Shown here: positions 40,633 through 50,516 of the stretch, piece by piece
Layout of the letters: the number at the start of each line of letters is the position of its first letter
How positions within the stretch are numbered: position 1 is the stretch's first letter
Assembly: GCA_965649205.1 (NCBI GenBank)
Contig: CBFGJV010000009.1
Span: 28,131 to 92,130, forward strand
Source of the DNA: a candidate division WOR-3 bacterium
Lineage (GTDB): Bacteria > Hydrothermota > Tepidihabitantia > Tepidihabitantales > Tepidihabitantaceae
Length of the DNA: 64,000 bases
Direction of reading: 5' to 3'
The notes under the pieces: generated by a model
What the model was told of the DNA's origin: nothing
Seen by the model: the letters and a program-made list of their open reading frames with translations, nothing else
The model's database searches: none
Made by a program: the position numbers and the translations under genes

Positions 40633-40717
40633 GCTCTTAGCTGCCAAAACACAGAGAGGCATGACAGGTCATAGGAATACGGATTTGCACCTCAGCCCCT
40701 CCGACCTTTTTGAGCCA

Positions 40718-40745
40718 TTGACAAACTCAGTAGTCCTGCTATCTT
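40718..40745 (+). promoter_or_regulatory. Promoter TTGACA-16-(TGc)TATCTT for plsY-gpsA-merR
   Basis: Perfect -35 box plus extended -10. Confidence 0.6.
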
Positions 40746-40750
40746 CGTGC

Positions 40751-41359
40751 ATCACTGCACTTCTTTCTCTCCTTTTCGGCTTGGCGGTCGGTTCTATCCC
40801 TCCCGGCTATCTTGCCGGCCGACTGAATGGTTTTGACATACGCACTCGCGGCTCCGGCAGTACCGGTTTCACTAATGTGTATCGTACCCTGGGTCTGGCT
40901 TGGGCTCTGCCGGTGCTGATTCTGGACTTGGCCAAGGGTATCGTCCCGGTTGCGCTGGCCGACCGTCTGGGGTTGATTCCCGCCATAGTGGGCGTTGGCG
41001 CCATACTGGGTCATGTGTTTCCGCCCTGGTTGGGTTTTCGCGGAGGCAAGGGCGTTGCCACTACTCTAGCAGTAAGTGCTCTTCTCTGCTTTCGGAGCTT
41101 TGCTTTGGCTTTTGCCGTGTATGTATTGCTGCTTTTCATCTTCGGCTATGTATCTGTTTCCTCGCTTGTTTTCGGCGTCATTCTCAGTCCGCTTACCGCC
41201 ATCTTCTACCCGCGCAACTATGCGCTGCTGGGTTTCTCGCTGGTTGCCGGTATCATCATTCTGGTGCGACACACTGGTAACATACGCCGTCTGCTTGCCG
41301 GTACTGAGCCGCGTTTTGGTCTCTGGCTGAAACTGTTCCGCAAAGGAGCAAACTCTTGA
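40751..41359 (+). CDS. plsY: Glycerol-3-phosphate acyltransferase PlsY
   Basis: GSIP, DIRTRGSGSTGFTNVYR, DLAKG, GHVFP...FRGGKGVATT, RHTGNIRRL. Start uncertain (ATC 40751 or TTG 40718). Confidence 0.92.
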   Translation: MTALLSLLFGLAVGSIPPGYLAGRLNGFDIRTRGSGSTGFTNVYRTLGLAWALPVLILDLAKGIVPVALADRLGLIPAIVGVGAILGHVFPPWLGFRGGKGVATTLAVSALLCFRSFALAFAVYVLLLFIFGYVSVSSLVFGVILSPLTAIFYPRNYALLGFSLVAGIIILVRHTGNIRRLLAGTEPRFGLWLKLFRKGANS

Positions 41360-42348
41360 GAATCGGTTTTCTTGGCGCGGGCCGCTGGGCTTTAGCCCTT
41401 GCCTCAGGATTTGACCGCGGCGGTCATACGGTAGCGCTGTGGGAAAAGGACGCTCAGGCTCTGTCTCGTCTGGAGAACACCAGAAATCACCCCGACCTGC
41501 CTGCAGACTTTCGCCTTCCGGAAAAGGTGATTGCTTCGGGCAGTGTTGCTGAGGTGCTAAACGGAACCGAGCTGGTCGTCTTTGCTGTTCCCTCCTCTGC
41601 GCTGTCGGCTGTGGTGCAGGAATGCGGTGCTCTGTTGCCCGGCACAGTCCATACCCTGGTAACTGTGACCAAGGGAATTGATCCGGCTACTCTGCGCCGG
41701 CTGTCCACGGTTATCAGCGCCACAGTGCGCGACCGGCCAGTGGTAGTTCTGGCCGGACCAGGCATACCCTATGATTTTGCTCGCGGGGACCCCACTTCGC
41801 TTGTGGCCGCCGCCGAAGAGCCGAAAGCGGCAGAGCTGGTGCGCGACGCCTTCACCGCCGGCAATTTGCGCATCTATTCCTCTCCTGACGTGGTGGGAGT
41901 AGAACTGGGAGCGGCACTGAAGAATGTGATTGCTCTGGCTGCCGGCATCGCCCAAGCTCTGGGCTTGGGTATCAACGCCCAGGCCGCCCTTCTCACCCGA
42001 GGACTGGCGGAAATCACCCGGCTGGGTATCGCTCTTAACGCCAATCCGCTCACCTTTTCCGGACTGGCCGGCATGGGAGACCTGATTGTCACCGCTTTTT
42101 CCGAACATTCACGGAATCACCGGCTAGGGTGGCTTATCGGGCAAGGTCAGAGCTTGACGCAAGCCCAGCAGACGCTGCACGGCATCGCCGAAGGTGCAGC
42201 CACCTGTCTGGCTGCCCGCAACCTCAGTCTCAAACACCACGTGGAAATGCCCATCTGTACAGAAGTGTACCGCATTCTGTACGAAGGCGCAGACCCGGCA
42301 GAAAGCTTGCACCGGTTGCTGCGCCGCACTCCGAAAAAGGAGGTATGA
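41356..42348 (+). CDS. gpsA: NAD(P)H-dependent glycerol-3-phosphate dehydrogenase
   Basis: GAGRWALAL, TKGI, DVVGVELGAALKNVIA, GLAGMGDLIVT, SRN. Confidence 0.94.
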   Translation: MRIGFLGAGRWALALASGFDRGGHTVALWEKDAQALSRLENTRNHPDLPADFRLPEKVIASGSVAEVLNGTELVVFAVPSSALSAVVQECGALLPGTVHTLVTVTKGIDPATLRRLSTVISATVRDRPVVVLAGPGIPYDFARGDPTSLVAAAEEPKAAELVRDAFTAGNLRIYSSPDVVGVELGAALKNVIALAAGIAQALGLGINAQAALLTRGLAEITRLGIALNANPLTFSGLAGMGDLIVTAFSEHSRNHRLGWLIGQGQSLTQAQQTLHGIAEGAATCLAARNLSLKHHVEMPICTEVYRILYEGADPAESLHRLLRRTPKKEV

Positions 42349-42349
42349 T

Positions 42350-42790
42350 ATGTCCGACCGCGTCCCTGCCGCCGGTAATCCGAAGAAGCCGCGCGCAACA
42401 GAAGCAGAGGTTCCCCAGTCAACGCCGCCGAAGGTCGAAACCGTACACCGCTTCTACACCGTCACCCAAGCGTGCAAGAAGCTGGGAGTGGAACCTTATA
42501 TCCTACGCTACTGGGAAGAAGAGTTCGGCCTGACGGTAAAACGCAACTCTGCGGGCCGGCGGATGTATTTAGAAGAGCAGTTGGAGCTACTGGCCACTAT
42601 CAAACACCTTGTCCGTCACGAAAAGCTGACTATAAAAGGTGCCAAGCGCCAGCTAGCAAAGATGAAATCCGCACCGCCCGCAGCTGCGGACCAGAGCTCC
42701 CAGACTGATCTGCTCTGGCTGAAGAAGGAACTCATTTCGCTCAAGGAACTGCTGAGCCAGTCCTTCGAGGAGCGCAGCTCAGGAACTTGA
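42350..42790 (+). CDS. MerR-family HTH regulator
   Basis: YTVTQACKKLGVEPYILRYWE...RNSAGRRMY...LTIKGAK; GGAGGT SD before ATG 42350. Confidence 0.85.
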   Translation: MSDRVPAAGNPKKPRATEAEVPQSTPPKVETVHRFYTVTQACKKLGVEPYILRYWEEEFGLTVKRNSAGRRMYLEEQLELLATIKHLVRHEKLTIKGAKRQLAKMKSAPPAAADQSSQTDLLWLKKELISLKELLSQSFEERSSGT

Positions 42791-42814
42791 CCTGAATTCT
42801 GCCCACACTATGCT
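42787..42814 (+). promoter_or_regulatory. Promoter TTGACC-16-TATGCT
   Basis: Directly upstream of the GGAGGT at 42820-42825. Confidence 0.55.
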
Positions 42815-42830
42815 GTGCTGGAGGTAGCAA

Positions 42831-43928
42831 ATCAAGACCTTTCTGGCTGCACTGTTCTGCTGTTGCAGCATTGTCCTACCCGGCCCGGTCGCCAAGTATC
42901 TGGGTATTGAGCTCGGTCGGCTTCAGGCTGCTCTGCATGTCCAAAAGGACTCAATTCATATGACCCTGCCCGAAGCTTGGGATACAGTCAGAATTCGCAC
43001 CGTGTACGACACTTCCACCGTGATCGCCGAGACCGTCTATGAGATGCGTCCGGCTTGGCTTACAGAACGCAAAGGCGAACCTCAGTTTGCGCTTCTGGGC
43101 ACCAGTTGGCTGGCCAGAGCCAGGGGATTATCCCTTCCCCCGGGCATTCAGGCGACAAGCGTTGACACTTCCATAGAGAACACCGACACCACCCTCTTGT
43201 GGAAGCTCAACTATTCTGGTTTTAACTTCAACATAGATGCATACCACATACCTTTCCGGGTCGGCAACTGGTGGCGGATGGGCATCGCCGGCACCTATTA
43301 CTATGACGTAACCGGCGACAGCATCCCGGACACTATAAGAATCTGGGGAGATACCACCAAGATAGTGGGCATTGAAAACGTGGTTATTCCCTATGGCGCC
43401 ATTCCGAACGCCTACAAGCTGGCGCATGTGGCCCGTCAGTCCATGCATGGCACCTACCAGGGTATTCCGGTACGCGAGACTTCCTACATCCGCGGCTGGC
43501 ACTGGTACAAGGACTCGCTGGGCGCCGTGAAGGATTCCAGCCAGACAACCGGAGTTATCTACATGCGCATGCTGGTATGGCTGAAAGCCGGCAATTTCTA
43601 CAGCCAGGGCACCGGCGTGCTGCTCGACCACCATACCGGCCAGTCCGAAATGTCTGACCGCCGGGACCAGCTTCCCCGCCTGGCCGTTTTCCCCAACCCC
43701 TTTCGTGTGCATACAACCATCCAGCTACCGCTGGACACAGCTTGTTCCGAGCCAGTCCGGATTTACGACGCCACCGGCAAGTTGAAACGCTCCCTTTTCG
43801 GTAACAGACGGTCGGGAGCCGGTTTTGTCAGCTGGGATGGGCTTGACGAGTACCTTTCTCCTGTGCCTGGCGGCATTTACTTCATCCGGCACGGGTCTTC
43901 TGTCTGCACGGTAAACCGGTTACAGTAA
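42831..43928 (+). CDS. Secreted protein with a FlgD/T9SS-type C-terminal tail; probable ATC start
   Basis: The frame is open from ATC 42831 and encodes a signal peptide (M)KTFLAALFCCCSIVLPG; tail VFPNPF...IYDATGKL...WDG...PGGIYF. Confidence 0.75.
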   Translation: MKTFLAALFCCCSIVLPGPVAKYLGIELGRLQAALHVQKDSIHMTLPEAWDTVRIRTVYDTSTVIAETVYEMRPAWLTERKGEPQFALLGTSWLARARGLSLPPGIQATSVDTSIENTDTTLLWKLNYSGFNFNIDAYHIPFRVGNWWRMGIAGTYYYDVTGDSIPDTIRIWGDTTKIVGIENVVIPYGAIPNAYKLAHVARQSMHGTYQGIPVRETSYIRGWHWYKDSLGAVKDSSQTTGVIYMRMLVWLKAGNFYSQGTGVLLDHHTGQSEMSDRRDQLPRLAVFPNPFRVHTTIQLPLDTACSEPVRIYDATGKLKRSLFGNRRSGAGFVSWDGLDEYLSPVPGGIYFIRHGSSVCTVNRLQ

Positions 43929-43945
43929 ACGGGTTTCGCAACAGG

Positions 43946-43973
43946 TTGACAGACGGCTTGTCTTGTCTAACAT
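43946..43973 (+). promoter_or_regulatory. Promoter TTGACA-16-TAACAT
   Basis: Upstream of the CoA-transferase operon. Confidence 0.6.
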
Positions 43974-44039
43974 CGTGGACGCTCACAGTTACTTTATGTT
44001 TCTGGTCTACCCAATCCACACCGCAACCAGGAGGATACT

Positions 44040-45011
44040 ATGGACATAATTGAGTCCGGCATTGGCGAGTTGTTCCAGCCTCCCGACCCGGACGGATTCC
44101 GGGAATGGGTGCACACCAAGAAGAACCGCAGAATGACAGACAAGGTACTGACCGAGCAAGAAGCGATCAGCCAGTTTGTCTCGGACGGCGATTATCTGGG
44201 CACCGAGCTGTACGGCACAGTCCGCGCTCCCATGTCTTTAGTCCGGGAGGTAATACGGCAGGGCAAGAAACATCTGCGCGTGGCTGGCCAGGGCATACAC
44301 GAGATTGACCTGCTGCTGGCCGCCGATTTGGTGGATACTTTGGACATCACCTATGTGGGCTGGGAGGTGTATGGTATCTCCAGTTGTCTGCGCCGCGCGG
44401 TGGAAAGCGGCAGGGTGAAAACCACAGAATGGTCCAACGCCGGCATTTCCTGGCGTTTCAAGGCCGCAGCGATGGGGGTTCCGTTCGTGGCTGTGCGCTC
44501 CATGCTGGGAACCGACACTCTAAAGTATTCTGCTGCCAAGGTCGCAAAGGACCCGTTCACCGGCAAACCGGTCTGTCTTCTGCCCGCTCTGTTTCTGGAC
44601 GTCGGCCTGATTCACGTGCATCAGGCGGATAGATACGGCAACTGCCGCATCGAAGGCGTATCCGGGTTTGCCCACGAAATGGCCCGGGCAAGCAAGAAGC
44701 TGATAATATCTACCGAGGAGATAATATCTACCGACAAAATCCGCAAATATCCGGAGCAGACAATAATCCCCTACTATCTGGTGGATGCCGTGGTAGAGGC
44801 GAAGTATGGTTCACATCCGGGTGAGATGTGCTACCGCTACTGGCGGGACGGAGAACACCTGCAGCAATTCCTCAAAGACTCGGCCGACCCGGCAAAAACC
44901 AAGACCTATCTGGACAAATGGGTCTATGGCGTGAAAAACCACCAGGAATATGTGGAGCTCGTCGGCTATGACCGGCTGAAGATGCTGGAATCACAGATTG
45001 GGAGGAGATAA
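44040..45011 (+). CDS. Family I CoA-transferase subunit A (glutaconate CoA-transferase-like)
   Basis: EAISQFVSDGD, PMSLVREVIRQG, AAAMGVPF...LGTD, HVHQADRYGN. Confidence 0.85.
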   Translation: MDIIESGIGELFQPPDPDGFREWVHTKKNRRMTDKVLTEQEAISQFVSDGDYLGTELYGTVRAPMSLVREVIRQGKKHLRVAGQGIHEIDLLLAADLVDTLDITYVGWEVYGISSCLRRAVESGRVKTTEWSNAGISWRFKAAAMGVPFVAVRSMLGTDTLKYSAAKVAKDPFTGKPVCLLPALFLDVGLIHVHQADRYGNCRIEGVSGFAHEMARASKKLIISTEEIISTDKIRKYPEQTIIPYYLVDAVVEAKYGSHPGEMCYRYWRDGEHLQQFLKDSADPAKTKTYLDKWVYGVKNHQEYVELVGYDRLKMLESQIGRR

Positions 45012-45775
45012 TGGCAGACTATAACGAAACTGAATTCCTTATCTGTCTGGCTTCGCACCTCATGGAAAACGAGGCCACCGCCTTTGTCGGTACCGGCATT
45101 CCCATGCTCGCCGCCGCTTTGGCCAAACGCACGCACGCGCCCAATCTGCAGGCCATATTTGAATTCGGTGGCACTGGCGCCTCTCTCAAACAACTACCCC
45201 TGGGCGTGGCTGATTCGCGTACCTTTCACAAGGCGGTAGCCGCTTCTGGCATCTGCGACATAATGGAAACTTCTGCCCGCGGCTTCGTGGAATACGGTTT
45301 CTTGGGCGGGGCGCAGATAGATATGTACGGCAACCTGAACACCACCGTAATCGGGCCCTACTGGCCGCCCAAGGTGCGGCTGCCCGGTTCTGGCGGTGCG
45401 AACGACGTGGGCTCTTTCTGTTGGAAGACCATCGTCATTATGCGCAAGCACGAACCTCGCTCCTTTGTGCCCAAGGTGGATTTTGTCACCACTCCCGGCT
45501 ACCTCACCGGGCCAGGCGCCAGAGAAAAAGCCGGGCTGCCGCCAGGCACCGGTCCTTATCGGGTAGTCACCAATCTCGCCCTGATGGATTTTGAGCCTGA
45601 GTCCAAACGTATGCGCCTCATCGGCGTGCACCCCGGTGTCACTGTGGAGCAGGTAAAGGCTGCCACCGGGTTTGAACTGCTCGTGGCTGACAAAGTGGTA
45701 ACCAATCGCAAACCCACCAAACGCGAACTGCGACTTCTGCGGGAGAAAATAGACCCGGACCGTTACTACATCTAG
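45011..45775 (+). CDS. Family I CoA-transferase subunit B
   Basis: FVGTGIP, catalytic-position Glu in IFEFG, GFLGGAQIDMYGNLN, RLPGSGGAND. Confidence 0.87.
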   Translation: MADYNETEFLICLASHLMENEATAFVGTGIPMLAAALAKRTHAPNLQAIFEFGGTGASLKQLPLGVADSRTFHKAVAASGICDIMETSARGFVEYGFLGGAQIDMYGNLNTTVIGPYWPPKVRLPGSGGANDVGSFCWKTIVIMRKHEPRSFVPKVDFVTTPGYLTGPGAREKAGLPPGTGPYRVVTNLALMDFEPESKRMRLIGVHPGVTVEQVKAATGFELLVADKVVTNRKPTKRELRLLREKIDPDRYYI

Positions 45776-45812
45776 CAGTCCATATGTCACCATACCTGCC
45801 GGAGCGTAAGCA

Positions 45813-46946
45813 ATGATACTATCCCAACAACATCAGTCGTTTCGAGAAGAGGTGCGCAGTTTTGCGCTAAAGGAACTGGAACCTCGGGCCTGCGCCTGCG
45901 ATGCCACCGGAGAGTTCGTACGCCAGAATGTAGAGGCTATGGCCCGGCGGGGTTACCTTGGCATTCCCTGGTCGCAGGAACTGGGAGGCAAAGGACTGGA
46001 CTATCTCTCCTACGCCATAGCGGTGGAGGAAATATCGCGGGTATGTGCTTCTACCGGCATCACCATAGCCGCGCATACTTCCCTCGGCACTTATCCCATC
46101 TACAAGTTCGGCACCGAAGAGCAGAAAAAGAAATACATCCCCCCTCTTGCCCGCGGAGAGTATCTGGGTGCCTTTGGCTTGACAGAACCTGAGGCCGGTT
46201 CTGACGCCGCGGCCATCTACACCACCGCCGTAAAAACAGACGGCGGTTACATACTTAATGGTTCCAAACGTTTCATCACCTCTGCCGGATATGCCGGCAC
46301 GGTCATTGTGGCCGCAACCGAAGACCGCAGCCTGGGACGCAAAGGTATTACCTGCTTCATCGTGGAAACCAGCACCCCGGGTTTCAAAGTGGCGCAGGAA
46401 GAAAAGAAAATGGGCCTCAAGGCTTCCAACACGGTCGAACTGTCATTTGAGGACATGTTCGTTCCCACCGAGAACATTCTCGGTAAAGCAAGAGACGGCT
46501 ACCGTATATTTATGGAAACTCTGGACGGCGGCCGCATCTCCATTGGCGCCTTCTGTCTGGGTATGGCGCAGGGAGCGCTAGATGAACTGCTGAAGTGGGC
46601 TGCTGGCTGCAGCAACCTTTCCCAGATTGCTTCTCGGGTTCTGGCAGACACCGCCTTAGAAGTAGAAGCGGCCCGTCTGCTCGTTTACGATGCGGCTATG
46701 ACCAAAGACGCTGGCATCCGCGCAGACAAGATATGCGCCTTTGCCAAGCTTTACGCTTCGGAAGTAGCCGTGCGCGCCGCCAGCAACGCCATCAGCATAA
46801 TCGGTCCCCGGGCGCTCAGCCGGGAATTGCCCCTGGAACGCATCTACCGCGACTCCAAATTGGGAGAAATAGGCGAAGGCACATCCGAAGTGATGCGGCT
46901 CATCATCGCCAAAGAAGTTCTAAACGAAGCGAAAAAGAATGCATAA
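45813..46946 (+). CDS. Acyl-CoA dehydrogenase family protein with degenerate C-terminal FAD-contact motifs
   Basis: [36 protein letters not shown]; lacks RxQFG and GGxG. Confidence 0.88.
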   Translation: MILSQQHQSFREEVRSFALKELEPRACACDATGEFVRQNVEAMARRGYLGIPWSQELGGKGLDYLSYAIAVEEISRVCASTGITIAAHTSLGTYPIYKFGTEEQKKKYIPPLARGEYLGAFGLTEPEAGSDAAAIYTTAVKTDGGYILNGSKRFITSAGYAGTVIVAATEDRSLGRKGITCFIVETSTPGFKVAQEEKKMGLKASNTVELSFEDMFVPTENILGKARDGYRIFMETLDGGRISIGAFCLGMAQGALDELLKWAAGCSNLSQIASRVLADTALEVEAARLLVYDAAMTKDAGIRADKICAFAKLYASEVAVRAASNAISIIGPRALSRELPLERIYRDSKLGEIGEGTSEVMRLIIAKEVLNEAKKNA

Positions 46947-47036
46947 ACCGGGACCGGAGCTTCTTTTCCTGACGGAACGCCTTTTGTTCTGTACTGAAAG
47001 CCCGGTGCCTGTTCAATCCCTGTCAAAGGAGGAATA

Positions 47037-48179
47037 ATGGATTTCAGTCTGACTGAAGATCAGAAAATGATACAACAGATGGCCCGCGACTTTGCCACCA
47101 ACGAACTAGAGCCAAAAGCCGCCGAACTGGACAAAACCGGCGAATTTCCCCACGACTCCATCAAAAAAATGGCAGAACTGGGCCTGTTGGGAATGGTAGT
47201 TCCCGAACAGTATGGCGGCGCCAGCTTCGGCTTTATCAGCCTGGCCATCGCCGTGGAAGAAATCTCGCGCGCCTGCGCTTCTACCGGGGTCATCACCGCG
47301 GTCCACAACTCGCTGGCTTCGTGGCCTATCGCCAACTGGGGCACCGAAGAACAGAAGCAGAAATACTTGCCCAGAATGGCTGCCGGGGAACTGCTGGGTG
47401 CATTCGGGCTCACCGAGGCCAACTGCGGTTCTGACCCGGCTGGAATGGAAACCAAGGCCGTGCTCTCCGGCGACTACTATATCCTGAACGGTTCCAAGCG
47501 GTTCATCACCAATGGCGGAGCCGCAGACGTGTTTATCGTCTTCGCCAAGACCGACCCGGCCGCAGGCAGCCGCGGAGTCACCTGTTTCATCGTGGAAAAG
47601 AACTTCCCCGGCTTTTCTGTGGGGAAGCACGAAGACCTGCTCGGTCTGCGCGCCACCTCCAACTGCGAACTCATCTTCGAAGACTGCCGAGTGCCCAAAG
47701 AGAACGTGCTGGGTGAGGTCAACCAGGGGTTCAAAATAGCTATGGGCACGCTGGATGTGTCGCGCATCGACATCGGTGCGCAGGCAGTAGGCATTGCCCA
47801 GGCGGCGCTGGACAAGGCTCTCGCTTATTCCAAGGAACGCAAGCAGTTTGGCCGGCCCATATGCGAGTTTGAAATGATTCAGGAAAAACTGGCCCAGATG
47901 CATTCCCGCATCGTCGCTGCCCGGCTGCTCGTGTACAACGCCGCCTACCAGAAGGAAGCCGGCAAACAACGTTTCTCCGTAGAATCGGCGATGGCCAAGC
48001 TGTTCGCTGCCGAAACTGCAGTATATGTCACTAAAGAAGCCGTGCAGATTTTCGGCGGCTATGGATATACCAAGGACTACCCGGTGGAGCGGTATTACCG
48101 CGACGCCAAATGTATGGAAATATACGAGGGTACCTCGGAAATCCAGAAGATAGTCATCGCCCGCGGTCTCTTGGCTTAG
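47037..48179 (+). CDS. Acyl-CoA (butyryl-CoA-like) dehydrogenase
   Basis: [45 protein letters not shown]. Confidence 0.93.
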   Translation: MDFSLTEDQKMIQQMARDFATNELEPKAAELDKTGEFPHDSIKKMAELGLLGMVVPEQYGGASFGFISLAIAVEEISRACASTGVITAVHNSLASWPIANWGTEEQKQKYLPRMAAGELLGAFGLTEANCGSDPAGMETKAVLSGDYYILNGSKRFITNGGAADVFIVFAKTDPAAGSRGVTCFIVEKNFPGFSVGKHEDLLGLRATSNCELIFEDCRVPKENVLGEVNQGFKIAMGTLDVSRIDIGAQAVGIAQAALDKALAYSKERKQFGRPICEFEMIQEKLAQMHSRIVAARLLVYNAAYQKEAGKQRFSVESAMAKLFAAETAVYVTKEAVQIFGGYGYTKDYPVERYYRDAKCMEIYEGTSEIQKIVIARGLLA

Positions 48180-48870
48180 TGGTCAGCTTAGACTGCTGTC
48201 GCAGCGAGTCTACCACCACGAGCAGATGAGACACAGACCAGTCTGACACTGCGCCCTTTTCGTCTCGCGCCCGGCAGCGGATAAAGAATTCGCCCGTATC
48301 ACGCCACATGTGCATCCTCGTCACCCTCGTGCCGCTACCCACCCACGCTCCCCACTCCGAAGTATCCGCATCTCCTCCGCCCCAGTGAAACTGCAACGCT
48401 ACCCGGTCGCCGTTACTGTCCGCAGCCGCAGCCGCAAACTCATACACTCTGCCAACCACTCCGCTATCCGGCCCGCTGGGAGCGGCCGGCGTAAAAGGCG
48501 GCAGGTTTACGGTATCGGCTATAACAATGCGGTGCCAACTGGACCACATAGAAACCACCCCTTTGTCATCTCTAGCCTGGACTGAAACTCGATAGTCACC
48601 GGGAAGGTGCCAGATATGCTGCCCGCGCGCCGTATCCCCTGAGGGAAATAGCTGGGTCCAGTTCGAGGTATCGCCGTCATCCCAGTCAAATCTTACGGAC
48701 ACCATCCCTCCTTCCGGATCAGTGGCTGTAGCCGCAAAACTGTACTCCTGCGCCACTCTGCCTCGCACCGGACCTTGCGGCGCGGCAGGCTGATACGGCG
48801 GCTGATTCTTTGTACAGCCGACCAACCCCAAAGCACCAACCAGCAAAACTCTCCACACACTGCTATTCAT
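48154..48870 (-). CDS. PKD-domain lipoprotein (paralog of 36057..36692)
   Basis: Start ATG 48870 with GGAG SD, lipobox LVGC, two DPEG/FDWDDG...WS units. Confidence 0.8.
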   Translation of the reverse strand: MNSSVWRVLLVGALGLVGCTKNQPPYQPAAPQGPVRGRVAQEYSFAATATDPEGGMVSVRFDWDDGDTSNWTQLFPSGDTARGQHIWHLPGDYRVSVQARDDKGVVSMWSSWHRIVIADTVNLPPFTPAAPSGPDSGVVGRVYEFAAAAADSNGDRVALQFHWGGGDADTSEWGAWVGSGTRVTRMHMWRDTGEFFIRCRARDEKGAVSDWSVSHLLVVVDSLRQQSKLTTKPRDRGR

Positions 48871-48962
48871 GATTGACTCCAATTCTGCTAACATTCTATC
48901 ATCCATTTCTCCCCTCTCCAGCTCCTCCGGCGCCTGCTTGTTACCTAACCCTGCGCTTGTGC

Positions 48963-50489
48963 TCATCTCGGTCTGAGTGTAGCCACCGGGACTACCATCT
49001 CACCAAGCGAAATGCCGCCATGCTGGTAACTCATCTTGTAGGTCTTCTCATATTGTTTCGGCTTGGTCGGGTAGATGAAGTAGTAGTCAGAGAAAGCTAT
49101 GGCCAAATTGGCAGAAGCGTGTTCTGTCGGCAAAAAAAACACCGCAGGGTCGCGCAACGTCAAAGCCGTGCGTTCGTCCACCCGCAAAGCGCCGCCGTAT
49201 TTGTAGCGGAGATTCGCCGAAATCTCTCTGCCGCCATAGATAGCGGTCGGCCGCCTGACCCGGATGAATCCGTGATCGGTCGTAATTACCACCCGACAGT
49301 CCTTGCGGGCCAGAGACCGCAGCAACGCGAAAGGCGCAGAAGAAGAAAACCATACCCGGGTCATCGCCACCAGAGCCTGATCATTGGGGATAATCTCGTC
49401 CAGCACCTGCGTGGTCTTTACCGAATGGATGAGCTGATCCAGGAAGTTGAACACCAGTGCGGTGAATCTGACGCCAGAATCAAGCAGAGCGCCCCGTTCC
49501 CGAGCCAGGTCTTCACTGGAAGGAGCCTTGACAAACGTAAACCGACCGGTAAACCGGAGCCGGCGCAGATACTCCGTGAGCAACTCCTTTTCAAAACGGT
49601 TCTGCCCGGTCTCCTCTGCTACCCAATACTGGGGATAGCGCCGTTGTATCTCCAATGGCAACAAACCGGAGAAAATGGCATTACGCGCATAAGGCGTAGC
49701 GCTAGGTAGAATTGCGCAATAGTAACGGGTCTCCACCTCGTAGTACTCCCGCAACAAAGGCACAATCGCATCCCACTGGTCCAGCCGCATGGAGTCGAAG
49801 AGAAAAAGGTAGGTAGGTTTTTCTTCCCAGTGCGGCCGGACGAACTTCTCTATCACCTGATGTGACAGCACCGGCGTTGTCTCCGCCCCGGAGCCGCTAC
49901 CGCTCAACCATCTGCGGTATTCGGCCAAGATGAACCGCGTAAAACTGTCGTTTGCCTGCTGCCAACGTTCTTCCTGGATTTCATTCAGGGCCGCATCTCC
50001 GTAGCGAGCGAGTATACTCTGCCAGTGAAAAAGGCTGCGGCAGTAATCTACCCACTCCGGCCAACTGGCAGGTTGCCGTACCTCGTTCATCGCCGCTATA
50101 AACTGCTGCCCCATTCTGTCTGCCACCAGCTTACGCTTTTCCAGCAGACGTTTGAGCACAGCCAGCAATTGCGCTGGAGAAAAAGGCTTGATAAGAAAAT
50201 CGTCCACCAGTTCTCCGTACGCCTCATTCACCAACCCCTCTTCATCCGACTTGGTCACCATCGTCACCAGCAAATTCGGGTCAGTCTGCTTCAGACGCCG
50301 CAGAACCTCCAGCCCCTGCATACCGGTCATCATCTGATCCAATAACACCAGGTCATATTCCTTCTGCCTGACCAGTTCCAGACCATCCGGCCCGTTAGTA
50401 GCCGTGTCCACCTCATAACCCTTTTCCTGCAGCGTGTACACGAACGGCCGCAGCATATCTATCTCGTCATCAATCCAGAGTATTCTCAT
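48963..50489 (-). CDS. PorX-like response regulator (receiver plus PglZ/alkaline phosphatase domain)
   Basis: ILWIDDE...LLDQMM receiver; DSMRLDQW, ILPSATPYARNAIFSG, TTDHG, YQHGGISLGEM. Confidence 0.88.
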   Translation of the reverse strand: MRILWIDDEIDMLRPFVYTLQEKGYEVDTATNGPDGLELVRQKEYDLVLLDQMMTGMQGLEVLRRLKQTDPNLLVTMVTKSDEEGLVNEAYGELVDDFLIKPFSPAQLLAVLKRLLEKRKLVADRMGQQFIAAMNEVRQPASWPEWVDYCRSLFHWQSILARYGDAALNEIQEERWQQANDSFTRFILAEYRRWLSGSGSGAETTPVLSHQVIEKFVRPHWEEKPTYLFLFDSMRLDQWDAIVPLLREYYEVETRYYCAILPSATPYARNAIFSGLLPLEIQRRYPQYWVAEETGQNRFEKELLTEYLRRLRFTGRFTFVKAPSSEDLARERGALLDSGVRFTALVFNFLDQLIHSVKTTQVLDEIIPNDQALVAMTRVWFSSSAPFALLRSLARKDCRVVITTDHGFIRVRRPTAIYGGREISANLRYKYGGALRVDERTALTLRDPAVFFLPTEHASANLAIAFSDYYFIYPTKPKQYEKTYKMSYQHGGISLGEMVVPVATLRPR

Positions 50490-50516
50490 AGCCTCTTCCC
50501 GCCAACTTGCATCTGC

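Noticed and set aside
48963..50489. BREX system suggested by the PglZ domain
   Set aside because: PglZ is fused to a receiver domain (PorX architecture), and no brxC, pglX or brxL is nearby.
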